Source of the DNA: a virus
Lineage: Duplodnaviria; Caudoviricetes
DNA length: 64,000 nucleotides
Reading direction: 5' to 3' (one strand)
Virus record (IMG/VR): IMGVR_UViG_3300014204_000116
Coordinates: 95,891 to 159,890 of that record
Position 1 is the first letter of the stretch, and each line of letters opens with the position of its first letter. Below the pieces are notes generated by a model. That model was given only the letters and a program-made list of their open reading frames with translations, was not told the origin of the DNA and did not search any database. Positions 34,083-44,400 of the stretch are shown piece by piece. The position numbers and the translations under genes were made by a program.

Positions 34083-34613
34083 TCACTTAGTAGGCTTGGA
34101 CCTCTTCAACCCTCGCATCCAATCGGCGACGGACTTTTTAGTGCCCTTGGAAGTTTTCTCCAGCTTTTCCAGTTTCTTTTCGGGATCTTCGCTTGTCTCA
34201 CCCTCTAGAAGTTCATCCACGAGACGCCGTGCGAGTGCTTCGAACTCAGCCTTGCCGTATTCAGCAGCCCACTGGGCAGCTCCAGCAGGGCCAAGTTTGG
34301 ATCGCATCCGGTCAGACGCTGCCCACAGATCATCTTTAGTTGCGAAACGGTGGCTCCCGAGCAGTTGGTTAATGGAAATTCCGCCTGTCCTGTCGTCCAG
34401 GAGATCGTCCTCGGGGTTAACTTCACCAGCAGGCTCACCGGGCAGTGATCCTGGTTTACTAGCTGCGGGCGGTGGGGCACCCGCGCCCGGCTTGCTAGGC
34501 GCGTCGGAGGGCTTCCACTTAAATCTAGGGTTCTTCCCTGGTAAACCCTGGTTTTCTTCCTCACCGGGTTCCAGGACGTTTTCGATTATGCCGTCTACGC
34601 TATTAGTGATCAC
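34083..34613 (-). CDS. acidic/Pro-rich protein with tag motifs at both ends (GIIENVLE, ARRLVDELLEGE)
   Basis: probable GTG start 34613 with GTATTTA 12 nt upstream. Confidence 0.6.
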   Translation of the reverse strand: MITNSVDGIIENVLEPGEEENQGLPGKNPRFKWKPSDAPSKPGAGAPPPAASKPGSLPGEPAGEVNPEDDLLDDRTGGISINQLLGSHRFATKDDLWAASDRMRSKLGPAGAAQWAAEYGKAEFEALARRLVDELLEGETSEDPEKKLEKLEKTSKGTKKSVADWMRGLKRSKPTK

Positions 34614-34669
34614 GTTCTTAAATACAGGAGAGTAATGGGCAGTAGTTACTTTAAATAGGATTGTAGACA

Positions 34670-36043
34670 ATGGCCTACAGATACACATACGTTGATTTGC
34701 TGAACGTAATCAAGGACATCGACGATACCGGCTTGAATTACGCTGGGGCGTGGAATGCCAATGCTCAGTACTTTTCAAACGATGTAGTGCTTTATAACAA
34801 TACTCGCTACATATGCTTGGCCCCAACACAGGGAAATCAGCCGACTATTACCCAGGTAAGGGATGATCATTGGTCTGCCCTGGTGTTTGTCAGCACGGGC
34901 TCCTCGGCCCAGGGGGATATAGCAACGCAGGCACTTGCAATGGCCACAGAGGCACTTGCAATTGCTGTCACTGGCACGAATTTAGGGTATCAATCATACA
35001 CAATCGGTATCACCGCATTAGACACGGCCTGGGCCGGAACAGCCCTTGCGCAGCAAGCATATGATCTCGCTGTCCAGGGTGGAGGCAGCGGTAGCAGTGG
35101 ATCTCTTTGTGAGGAAGCCTACGGCCTGGCGTTGTATGCTCTTCAAACGGCCTGGTCTGGTACGGCCCTAGCTCAGCAGGCCTACGATCTTGCCATACAA
35201 AACAGCGGCACCAGCGGGGGCACTCTTGGCGCTGAAGCTTATGCCATCGCGAACGAAGCTTTAGGTATTGCTGTCATTGGCACTAATCTAGGAGAGCAAG
35301 CTTACACCATCGGGGTTACTGCTCTTAATACGGCCTGGGCTGGGACGGCTCTTGCGCAGCAAGCTTATGACTTAGCAGTTCAAGGCGGGGGCAGTGGGAG
35401 CAGCGGATCTCTTTGCGAGGAGGCCTACGGTTTGGCCGTGTATGCCCTTCAAACTGCCTGGGCAGGCACAAATGCTGGAAATCAAGCTTATTCAGTTGGG
35501 GTTACTGCTCTTGATACTGCTTGGGCAGGCACAGCGTTGGCTCAGCAAGCTTACGATTTGGCCATTCAAGGTGGCACCGGAAGCAGCGGATCTCTTTGCA
35601 CCGAGGCCTATGACTTAGCAGTGTATGCCTTACAGACTGCTTGGACAGGCACTAGCGCAGGTAATCAATCTTATGCTGTAGCCCAGCAGGCTTACGCATT
35701 GGCGGCTATTGGTACGAATGCGGGAGATCAGGCTTATTCAGTCGGGGTTACTGCCCTTAACACGGCTTGGGCGGGGACGGCCCTTGCACAACAGGCTTAT
35801 GATTTGGCCGTTCAAGGGGGCACAAGTAGCAGTGGATCTCTTTGTGAGGAAGCTTATGGCCTGGCGTTGTATGCCCTACAAACCGCTTGGGCCGGAACTT
35901 CTGCGGCAGCTAGTGCACAAGGTGTGGCTGACACAGCTTATGGATTTTCAGTGTACGCCATCGCGCTTTCGGGCACGTCATCAGGCACATCATCACCGTC
36001 CGGTGGTGGCGTGAGCGTCTTGGAAGTGCAAGTATTCAGCTAA
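34670..36043 (+). CDS. fibre-like structural protein: N-terminal CBM5/12-like module plus Ala-rich repeats
   Basis: AWNANAQYFSNDVVLYNNTRYICL; repeated ALxTAWAGTALAQQAYDLA. Confidence 0.75.
   Translation: MAYRYTYVDLLNVIKDIDDTGLNYAGAWNANAQYFSNDVVLYNNTRYICLAPTQGNQPTITQVRDDHWSALVFVSTGSSAQGDIATQALAMATEALAIAVTGTNLGYQSYTIGITALDTAWAGTALAQQAYDLAVQGGGSGSSGSLCEEAYGLALYALQTAWSGTALAQQAYDLAIQNSGTSGGTLGAEAYAIANEALGIAVIGTNLGEQAYTIGVTALNTAWAGTALAQQAYDLAVQGGGSGSSGSLCEEAYGLAVYALQTAWAGTNAGNQAYSVGVTALDTAWAGTALAQQAYDLAIQGGTGSSGSLCTEAYDLAVYALQTAWTGTSAGNQSYAVAQQAYALAAIGTNAGDQAYSVGVTALNTAWAGTALAQQAYDLAVQGGTSSSGSLCEEAYGLALYALQTAWAGTSAAASAQGVADTAYGFSVYAIALSGTSSGTSSPSGGGVSVLEVQVFS
34925..35985 (+). repeat. internal repeats (TAWAGTALAQQAYDLAxQGG.GSSGSLCEEAYGLA)
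   Basis: multiple near-identical peptide and DNA units, e.g. GGATCTCTTTG four times. Confidence 0.85.
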
Positions 36044-36047
36044 GATT

Positions 36048-36398
36048 ATGTCAACTTACTCAAAAAATTTGCTAAGTAGCTCGGTAGACGGGATGCAGAT
36101 TGTCATTAATTCAAATGGGACAAGTACGGCAAATCTGATTCACCAGGCACCGGCAGGTGCAAGCAGCCTGGATGAAGTCTATCTTTACGCATTTAACTCC
36201 AATGTAGCGGCTGCCACACTTGTCCTGTGCTGGGGTGGTACAAATGTAACGACGGATGCTATGACGGCAAGCATTACCGGATTGAATGGGAGAGTTTTGA
36301 TTGTTGATGGCCGACTGATTACAAATGGCAGGAACATATGGGGGTATTGCTCGACAGGGACTGTTTCTATAGATGGGTTTGTCAATAGAATTTCTTAG
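36048..36398 (+). CDS. structural protein (fibre-associated)
   Basis: in operon with fibre gene; DEVYLYAFN..GFVNRIS. Confidence 0.65.
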   Translation: MSTYSKNLLSSSVDGMQIVINSNGTSTANLIHQAPAGASSLDEVYLYAFNSNVAAATLVLCWGGTNVTTDAMTASITGLNGRVLIVDGRLITNGRNIWGYCSTGTVSIDGFVNRIS

Positions 36399-36402
36399 CG
36401 AT

Positions 36403-37104
36403 ATGGGAATTCATTACGTAAAACGCACGGGAAGAAGGTACCTGGTAAACGACCACCTTAGAAACGCACTTGATCCCACAGTGTTTGGCACATTGATCCT
36501 GTATCACGATGCGTCAACTCTAGGATTAGCAGACGGTGCGTCCGTGACTTCTTGGCCTGGAATTGTAGGGCCGACATTTACGGTTCCCTCAGGAAAAACG
36601 GCACCAACGTACGTAGCGTCGGGTGTAAATGGATTACCGGGGGTGTATTTTTCGTCTACTACCACATCCTTATACGAAACAACGTTGTCCATTACGGCAC
36701 CATTCACGATCTACCTGGCACTAACAGCTACACTTCGGGGGGCTGCCGTTGCCCAGCGCACGCTCCAAAGTACGTCAATAAACTGGCTCATGGGGCCATA
36801 TGGAGATCAATGGTCTGTATTCAATGGTGCTGCATTTTTACCAAATCGCACGGCTGCAACATCAGGTGCCATAGCAGTAATAAACACGTCCGCAACCGGA
36901 ACTAATTATACGTGGAGGTTAAACGGCGTAGCGAAAGGCGGTGTGGCAGGAACGGGTAATCCGGCTCTCCTAAACTTAGGAGCAGGCGGGGCATATAACG
37001 AGCCTTGGTTTGGAGTTATTTACGAGATGCTGATATACAATTCCGTGCTTACTGACTACTCAGGAGTAGAGACTTACCTAATGACGAAGTACGGAATGAT
37101 ATAG
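36403..37104 (+). CDS. LamG/concanavalin-like beta-sandwich structural protein
   Basis: DASTLGLADGASVTSW..APTY..GVNGLPGVYF..IYEMLIYNSVL..VETYLMTKYG. Confidence 0.7.
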   Translation: MGIHYVKRTGRRYLVNDHLRNALDPTVFGTLILYHDASTLGLADGASVTSWPGIVGPTFTVPSGKTAPTYVASGVNGLPGVYFSSTTTSLYETTLSITAPFTIYLALTATLRGAAVAQRTLQSTSINWLMGPYGDQWSVFNGAAFLPNRTAATSGAIAVINTSATGTNYTWRLNGVAKGGVAGTGNPALLNLGAGGAYNEPWFGVIYEMLIYNSVLTDYSGVETYLMTKYGMI

Positions 37105-37106
37105 CC

Positions 37107-37379
37107 CTAAAAACGAATCCACTTTTTATCTGGGCACTGCTCCGTGGCCAGCGAAGTTTTTAGGTATACGAGGCATTTGCACATCCTGCACCAATAGCCT
37201 TTTCTTCGGGGACATGCCTGACATTTAGACATCCTGTTGGCCTTGATGTTGGCCGGGACAATTGGAAATCCGTTCAAAGACCACCGGACTTGGGCCATAG
37301 CGAAACTGGCCAATACCTGATTCCAAGTAAGATCAGGCATTGAATACTGACGATCACAGCACGGTATAACTTGGCTCAT
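37107..37379 (-). CDS. small Cys-rich protein (DUF6171-like)
   Basis: RMSKCQACP..CRMCKC..KT.LATEQCPDKKW. Confidence 0.65.
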   Translation of the reverse strand: MSQVIPCCDRQYSMPDLTWNQVLASFAMAQVRWSLNGFPIVPANIKANRMSKCQACPRRKGYWCRMCKCLVYLKTSLATEQCPDKKWIRF

Positions 37380-37434
37380 GTGCTATCTAGCGATAAATGT
37401 CAGTTGTCTACAAAATTTGCTTGTTCTTTACAAT

Positions 37435-37518
37435 AGGTGCTGTGGGTGTTTGTGGTTCGGCCTAAAGGCCCTGACCGCGTGTTTCATGTCTTACCTTGGA
37501 ACTAGCCCCACAGCACCT
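37435..37518 (+). ncRNA. candidate three-way-junction structured RNA or leader
   Basis: 12-bp perfect closing stem AGGTGCTGTGGG/CCCACAGCACCT enclosing two hairpins; intergenic. Confidence 0.45.
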
Positions 37519-37533
37519 TTACTCTATGCGGAT

Positions 37534-37836
37534 ATGCAAAAACTCGTCGTAGTCACAGTGTTAGCGCTGTTGCTTACAGGCTGCATGTCCTTTGACAAGG
37601 GCGGAACCCGCCATTACATTTGTTTCGGCGTTGGTATTGTCAGCGTGAATACCAACAATCCAACCGCTACAGTGGTAAAGTCAACAACAGTAGGGATCGG
37701 TGCATCGAGTCTTCCAATGTCTCGGTGCACCGTTGGATTTTCAGAATCTGTGGCTGTTATGCTACAGACCAACCAACCAGTAGTTATCGAAGTGGAGCAG
37801 GCTCCTGGAAAGCCCTTCCGTGTGGAGACAAAATGA
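37534..37836 (+). CDS. lipoprotein
   Basis: MQKLVVVTVLALLLTGC lipobox. Confidence 0.75.
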   Translation: MQKLVVVTVLALLLTGCMSFDKGGTRHYICFGVGIVSVNTNNPTATVVKSTTVGIGASSLPMSRCTVGFSESVAVMLQTNQPVVIEVEQAPGKPFRVETK

Positions 37837-38246
37837 AGACTATTATCACACCCTTGATACTTGCGTGCGCCCTGCTACTCTGCGGGTGTAGCTCGACGAA
37901 TAAAAACCTCATCGTGACGACTGGCACGATCCTCGGGGTTGAAGTGGCTGAGAATCCGCAAACCGGCCTTTACCAGGCTAAGCTGGGCTACGGAAGGACT
38001 GAATTTGCGCTCGTGCCCACCGGCACTAACGGAGTTACTCCCGACGTTATCATGGAAATTCGCTATCATGGATTTTTTTCTACGGAAGGTGGACTTTATC
38101 AGCGCCTTGCGGTGGGCCAGACGGCGTGTTCGCAAGTTCCCGCTGCCCTAATGTTCGGCAAGGATGAGCGGGGTAATTCTCCTACAAATTCGGTGGTGAG
38201 CATGCTGGAGAGCATGAGGGCTAAACCGTCCGCAACGAATCGTTAA
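37833..38246 (+). CDS. lipoprotein
   Basis: MKTIITPLILACALLLCGC lipobox; ATGA overlap. Confidence 0.75.
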   Translation: MKTIITPLILACALLLCGCSSTNKNLIVTTGTILGVEVAENPQTGLYQAKLGYGRTEFALVPTGTNGVTPDVIMEIRYHGFFSTEGGLYQRLAVGQTACSQVPAALMFGKDERGNSPTNSVVSMLESMRAKPSATNR

Positions 38247-38566
38247 AGCCACTTGCCTGGGCGTTTTGTAAGCTCGTTGTCGATGTAATCGATGATGGCC
38301 TGCGGATCATGGCTTATGTTGAAGCAATGGAGCCACGCAGCCACTTTTTCTTTGAGGGCATCCCCGTGAAGCTTCTTATGCTGTGGCCAATTGTGTTCCC
38401 AGTCTAAGCGGCCAACCTCTCCCTCGATGTACTCCAGGGCAAGATCCTGGGTATCAAGAACGGGATCATGATCGGGCTGGTAAGCGACAGGTGGAGGAAG
38501 TTCAGGTGGTAGCCAAGTGTCTGGCGGGCCATCCAGCAGGGTTTCGACTATGAGCCGTGCGATCAT
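38243..38566 (-). CDS. small protein with N-terminal ARLIVETLLDG tag
   Basis: tag motif; palindromic GTAGTTA motif upstream. Confidence 0.65.
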   Translation of the reverse strand: MIARLIVETLLDGPPDTWLPPELPPPVAYQPDHDPVLDTQDLALEYIEGEVGRLDWEHNWPQHKKLHGDALKEKVAAWLHCFNISHDPQAIIDYIDNELTKRPGKWL

Positions 38567-38571
38567 TCTTC

Positions 38572-38583
38572 GTAGTTAACTAC
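38572..38583. promoter_or_regulatory. palindromic GTAGTTAACTAC, candidate divergent late promoter pair
   Basis: GTAGTTA on both strands, 15 nt and 17 nt before the two divergent start codons. Confidence 0.6.
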
Positions 38584-38586
38584 AGT

Positions 38587-39255
38587 ATGGCTGCACTTAA
38601 CCAGGTCTGTGGCGTTGTAGACGCCTTGTCCGCATTTCAAGTTCAGGTGATGAACTCGTTGAATGGCCGATTTTTAGCCCTTCGACGCCTTGCTGAGTTA
38701 CTGGAAAGTGCATTCGATATGACCGGATTCATTCCTGACATTACTCGGCTAATACCCCTGGCTTCTATCGATTTGAGCTTGTACGAGAATTTGCGAGTTG
38801 AGTGCGCATTCCTTAATTTACCTCCGGCCAGTGAGTCGGCAGAGCAGTATATCGGGGAGCTGCGCGCTCAGTTGAACGCGGCATACGCCCAGATCCTCAG
38901 GCAGCTCAACATGAGCCCACTGAGCACGTTGTCTACTCTCCAGTCGAAACTGGACGATTACCAAAACCAGATGAATTTGGCCGCGTTAAAAGGCACCGAT
39001 TTTATGGCTTGCTTGCAGGCAGCGTGTTCGGCAGCAACCGCTGTAAGTAATTTTTCAGCGGATCAGGTGAAAGACATCGCAAACAACTATTACAGCAATT
39101 TTGTCGTGGGACAGGGCAAATTGCTATCTTCTGCCGCGCAGGCAAAAGTGGATAACCTCAACTCAGTGAAGAGCCAGGTGCAAGAACTTATCAGTGGCCC
39201 ATCGGCGCAGGATACGGCAGCCGCGTCTGCGGTCGTAACATCAGTAACCGGTTAG
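38587..39255 (+). CDS. helical hypothetical protein (probably structural)
   Basis: late motif upstream. Confidence 0.65.
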   Translation: MAALNQVCGVVDALSAFQVQVMNSLNGRFLALRRLAELLESAFDMTGFIPDITRLIPLASIDLSLYENLRVECAFLNLPPASESAEQYIGELRAQLNAAYAQILRQLNMSPLSTLSTLQSKLDDYQNQMNLAALKGTDFMACLQAACSAATAVSNFSADQVKDIANNYYSNFVVGQGKLLSSAAQAKVDNLNSVKSQVQELISGPSAQDTAAASAVVTSVTG

Positions 39256-39328
39256 TTTTGGCATATGCCTCATATTGTCTACATTTAGACTGATGAGTTT
39301 TTTGTTCTTATGTAAGGTTACAGAGTTT

Positions 39329-39550
39329 ATGACAACACCAAAAGAAAACAAGGATGGCCAGTTCATCGTGGTTGAAAACGGCCAGCGATCTAGTGAGTTG
39401 ATGAGCGAGGCTAAAGCTAAGCAGGAGGCTGCCAAGCGCCAGTCTACCAATGAGTCAAAGGGCGATAAGCGTTCTGACGTAAGTGTTAAACAGAACCTTT
39501 TTGGGACTTTGGTCATGCTTCTGGTACCGGCGATTAGCCTGTGCCTGTGA
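39329..39550 (+). CDS. small hypothetical protein
   Basis: GTTCTTA at 39304. Confidence 0.5.
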   Translation: MTTPKENKDGQFIVVENGQRSSELMSEAKAKQEAAKRQSTNESKGDKRSDVSVKQNLFGTLVMLLVPAISLCL

Positions 39551-39565
39551 TGGGCTCCAGCAGCT

Positions 39566-40405
39566 ATGCCAAAGAACGCCGTAAGGCCAGATGCAGCTTT
39601 ACATGGTGAAAAGCCCGCGATGCCGGGTGATCAGCCGCAGGGTGCGCCCGTAAAGCCGAAGAAAAAACGACTTTATAAGCGCAAGGGCCAGTCTGTGCTT
39701 AAGGCCCAACTTACCGGGCAGGTTAGTCCGCCGCCTGTTCCTCCTCCAAGAACTCTTAATCTGGACCCGGCTGTACTCGAAACAGAGGGCGTGGATGGCA
39801 GCGAAAAAAAGATCATTGAGGGCCTATTTTCAAAAGCGTTCGAGCGTTACACAAAGCGCAAGGAGGCTAATCGGGGTATTGAGGCCATAGCCGACGTAGT
39901 CAGTCACATCCAGAGTGGTGCCTCCATGAAAGACATGGAGGAAAAGCTCACTCCACTCCTGAGCGAGCAGTCTTCCAAGACAACAATTTTGCAAGCCGTC
40001 ATGTTTAATCACATGATGGAGCTTGTCGCACTCCACTGGGATATGCGATGGCACTTGATGCGAGAGCTATGGGAAGATCTGCGCGAGCAGAAACTGAAGC
40101 CCGTCGAGAAGTTGGCCCTGCTAAAATTGGCAGACCAGCAAGCGGAGAGGGCCGCAAATTATATCAATAACCAGAATCCTACGTTTCAGCCGATGACGGA
40201 AGTCGATTCCACTATGGAACGGGCATCTAAGCAGGCTGTAGACACAGCTAAGCGTAGGAACTCTAAGGAGCTGGAGGGCACCACTCCCCAGGGGCGCGAG
40301 ATCGTGCGCCGGTTGACATTCAAAGCTAAGCAAGCGGCGGATAAGATTGTAGAAAGCGCTTTAGCAAAACCCACCGAAGCAAAACCTCCCGAAAATTCGA
40401 AGTAA
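39566..40405 (+). CDS. helical hypothetical protein, possible terminase small subunit
   Basis: basic N-terminus, helical body, position upstream of terminase (positional inference only). Confidence 0.45.
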   Translation: MPKNAVRPDAALHGEKPAMPGDQPQGAPVKPKKKRLYKRKGQSVLKAQLTGQVSPPPVPPPRTLNLDPAVLETEGVDGSEKKIIEGLFSKAFERYTKRKEANRGIEAIADVVSHIQSGASMKDMEEKLTPLLSEQSSKTTILQAVMFNHMMELVALHWDMRWHLMRELWEDLREQKLKPVEKLALLKLADQQAERAANYINNQNPTFQPMTEVDSTMERASKQAVDTAKRRNSKELEGTTPQGREIVRRLTFKAKQAADKIVESALAKPTEAKPPENSK

Positions 40406-40421
40406 TTTTGTTCTCTATAGG

Positions 40422-41447
40422 ATGAGAAAAGTTGCGCTGATAACTGGCATAACTGGTCAGGATGGTTCTTACCTCGCGGACATGCTGATAGCTAAAGGCT
40501 ATGAAGTCCACGGAATAATACGCCGATCTTCAAGCATAAACACGGAGCGCTTGAATCTGATTTACTCAGATCCGCACGGCGGAGAGACAAAGCTTAATTT
40601 GCACTACGGGGATCTTACGGATGGCAGCAGTCTTTGCCGTCTCCTGGAAAAGATACTCCCTACAGAGATATACAATCTCGGAGCGCAATCGCACGTTCGT
40701 GTGTCTTTCGATATCCCCGAGTATACCGTGGATGCCACAGGCATGGGCACGCTCCGCCTTCTGGAGGCTATGCGAACGGTAAAGTGCAGGGCCAGGTTCT
40801 ATCAGGCCGGTTCGAGCGAGATGTTTGGAGGCTTGTTCGACGGCAATACTATTTTGAACGAAACATGCCGGTTTCATCCCCGTTCGCCCTACGGCTGTGC
40901 GAAGGTATTTTCGCATAATATTGCTGTGAATTACCGGGAGAGCTACGGGATGCACATTTCAAACGGGATACTGTTCAACCACGAATCGGCCAGGCGTGGC
41001 ACTACCTTCGTAACCCGTAAAATCACCAAGTTTGTTGCAGGCTTACTGAATAAAGCCTCCGGCCTCCAAACGCTGTATCTTGGTAACTTGGTAGCCAAGC
41101 GCGACTGGGGATACGCACCGGAATACGTGCGGGCCATGTGGCTTATGCTGCAACAAGAGGAGCCGGACGATTACGTGATCGCAACCGGGAAGACATACAG
41201 CGTAGTGGACTTCTTGGAGGCGGCGTTCAAAGTAGTGGGCATCGACAACTGGAAAAAATATGTCGTGGTAGATCCTCACTATTTCAGACCGGCAGAGGTC
41301 GAAGTGCTTGTCGGTGATGCGTCCAAAGCTAGGCAGATTCTTGGGTGGGTTCCAACCGTTGAAATGGAAAAGCTGGCCCGCATAATGGTAGAAGCGGACG
41401 CTTACGGTGAAAACATGGAAGACGTGCGCGCGCTGTGGACATCTTAA
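40422..41447 (+). CDS. gmd: GDP-mannose 4,6-dehydratase
   Basis: [58 protein letters not shown]. Confidence 0.97.
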   Translation: MRKVALITGITGQDGSYLADMLIAKGYEVHGIIRRSSSINTERLNLIYSDPHGGETKLNLHYGDLTDGSSLCRLLEKILPTEIYNLGAQSHVRVSFDIPEYTVDATGMGTLRLLEAMRTVKCRARFYQAGSSEMFGGLFDGNTILNETCRFHPRSPYGCAKVFSHNIAVNYRESYGMHISNGILFNHESARRGTTFVTRKITKFVAGLLNKASGLQTLYLGNLVAKRDWGYAPEYVRAMWLMLQQEEPDDYVIATGKTYSVVDFLEAAFKVVGIDNWKKYVVVDPHYFRPAEVEVLVGDASKARQILGWVPTVEMEKLARIMVEADAYGENMEDVRALWTS

Positions 41448-44400
41448 ACCTGGATTCAAAATCGATAGATCAGGCGATTCTTAAAGAGCTGGGTTTTGCG
41501 GATGCGGGCGACTTCGAGATGGCCACCGCTGCGCTTAACCCCACAGAGAATCGTCTGCTGTTTAGTCGATATGCGGAACTCCTGGAGTCCGTCAAAACCC
41601 GAATTCGGTCGGGTGGATCACAGGATATTCCGCTGGCTTCAGAATGGGACTGGGAGAAGGACTATTGGCGTAAACCTCCCACAATGCGCCAGTTTATCGA
41701 AGATCCTTTCTGGCTCGGCTCCACACTGCTTCCGTCCGAGGACAGCGTGGGTATATTTCCCACTTGGCGCGAAATTCTGCTTCAGGATTTTGACATGGGG
41801 TCTACAGTTCACAACCTGGTGATAACCGGTAGTTTGGGCATAGGGAAGTGTCTGGGATACAATGAGTTATGCTTGATGCACGATGGCGCTGTTAAACCGG
41901 TCCAGCAAATACAGGTAGGAGATTTGTTGATGGGGGATGACTCTACGCCTAGGCGCGTAATGTCTACGATGAGCGGGCGAGGGCCACTCTACCAAATTTA
42001 TCCATCTAAAGGAGAACCTTTTGTCTGCAACGGGGCGCACATTTTGTGCCTAAAGTCATCGGTGTCGGATGAAATTGAGCACGTGTCGGTTGAAGATTTC
42101 TTAAAGTGGCCAATAGAAAAGAAGAACAAAGCAAGACTGTACAGAGTTCCGGTGGAGTGGGCTGAAAAAACGGTGTTAATTGATCCTTACTGGTTAGGGC
42201 TGTGGCTTGGAGATGGCACGAGCCGACGTGTGGAGATTACCACGATGGACGAGGCAATACGTGACTACCACATCGCCTATTGCAGCCAATTCCCTGAGTT
42301 AAATTTGCACGTTTACAACGCGGGAAAAGGGGCCAAAGCGTCTTCGTACACGTTTACAGTTCCAAGGGGCAGCCGTTACAAAAACCCGGTGCGCTTAAAG
42401 CTGGAACATTACGGCCTGACGGAGTGGGCTCAAACTTGTCCGAAATTTATACCAAACGACTATCTTTACAACAGTCGGAGTATAAGACTTAAGCTTTTTG
42501 CGGGGTTGATCGACACAGACGGTTCAAAAAGTAGGGGTGGAAAGTGCACAGCCGCTAAACGAGATAAGGCAAGCAATGGCGTGTACGAGATCACGGTAAA
42601 ATATGAGAGGTTTGCAAACCAAATACGGTTTCTGGCTCAATCACTTGGGTTCTTTGCACAGACGAAGGTAAAGATTGTCAATAGCACAGCATACTATAGA
42701 ACCATTATTTCCGGTGCTTACGATGTTCCGTCGCTATTGGAAAGAAAGGTAAGCCGCGCCCGTGGAACTACGCTTAGTCCTCTGACGGGACACGTCCGAG
42801 AAGCCAATTGTCTGAAGACTAAGTTTGCGGTTATACCTAAGGGAGACGGGGACTATTACGGATTTGAGATCGATGGAAACCATCGTTTTCTGCTCAAAGA
42901 TTTTACTGTTACGCACAACACCTACGTGATGGTAACCATTCTCCTTTACCGTCTGACCCTTGCTACACTGCTGCGAAATCCGTCGAGCTTTTTCGGATTG
43001 GGCGCTGGCTCAAAAATCATCTACAACGTTCTGTCCGTCACAAAGACTCAAGTCCAGGAGACTGCCTTCGGTGATGCACAGAACTTCATGGCGCGTAGCG
43101 AATACTTCCTGAAGGATTGCGACTTTGACCCGGACAGTAAGCACTCGAATTTTCGCGTTGAGCTGCCCGGCGACATCTATTTCACTGCGGGCTCTAAGGG
43201 ATGGCACGTGCTGGGGCGCAACGTTCTGGGTGTGGCGCTCGATGAAGGCAACTGGCGCAATGAAGCTGACCCGGATACGAAGGCCTACGATCTTTACAAC
43301 GAAGTCCGGGTTCGTATTCAAAACCGCTTCATGCGGTCTTCTAAATTCCTTCCCGCTATCTCCATTTTGGCATCGTCGGCCAGGGATGAGTCTTCCTTTA
43401 CTGAGAAGGTCATCAAAGAAATCGAGAAGGTTAACGATCCCAAGCACCAACTTGTTTACAGGCACGCTGTCTACAAAATAAAGAGGCACGTGCTGAAACT
43501 TTCCGGCAATTGGTTTAAGGTGTGTTATGGCCTGAAGACCCAAGAGCCGTACGTCATGACCGGGATCTATGCCGAGGATGGCACACCACTTCCCGGAGAG
43601 ACGCACGAACAGACTCCCCAGGGGGCGTCCGTAGAGCTGGTGCCTGTGGAGTATCTGCCGGACTTCAAACGTCGTCCCAGGACCGCACTACAGTCAGTAT
43701 CCGGTATTTCTACGGGAGGTTCAAACCGGTTCTTCCCGACTACGATAGACGTTGAACGGTGCATCGAGCTTGCAGAGCACGATGGCATTGTAGATCCAGC
43801 TCGTCCTGGCGTAAAATTCATGTCAGTCTCGACTGAGGATGATACCAATGTATGGGACTACCTCGACCATAATAAGTTCCTTACAAAGGTTGCCTCTGTA
43901 ATCCAGCCTCGGCGGCATCCAAGTATGGCTCGATTTGCCCACCTGGACTTGGCCACGCAGACGATGGCCGGTCTTGCTGTATGCCATTTAGTGAATAGTA
44001 AGCTGGTTGAGGGCTTGGTGGACAAATCGGGCAACCCGTTCAGCGAATATCGGCTTATCGTCGAGTACGACTTCATATTGACTATTACGGCGGGCAGAAC
44101 TAAGCCAATCAGCCTGGAGAAGATCCAGAATTTCATCCTATGGCTGGCACAGAAGTGCAATTACCGGTTTGCTGCGGTAACAGCAGACCAGTACCAGTCT
44201 TCAATGCCACTTCAGATGCTTGAATCGAGAGGATTTAAGACCGATCTGTTGTCCGTGGACCGCGACAAAAAGGTCTACACAGCTTGGCGTCAGGCATTCG
44301 AGGAACTTCGCCTGCGGCCCTACAGATCGGATCAGTTAACCCAAGAAATAGAGTGCTTAGTCGATGATGGTAAGAAGGTTGATCATCCAAAAGACGGGAG

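Noticed and set aside
34925-35985. Possible CRISPR-like array from recurring DNA words
   Set aside because: Repeats are in-frame, degenerate at third codon positions and lack unique spacers of constant length.
37445-37480. c-di-GMP-I riboswitch or hammerhead similarity (CGGCCTAAA)
   Set aside because: The upstream GGCAAA/GNRA/GCAAA elements and the hammerhead CUGANGA core are absent, so it is kept only as an unclassified structure.
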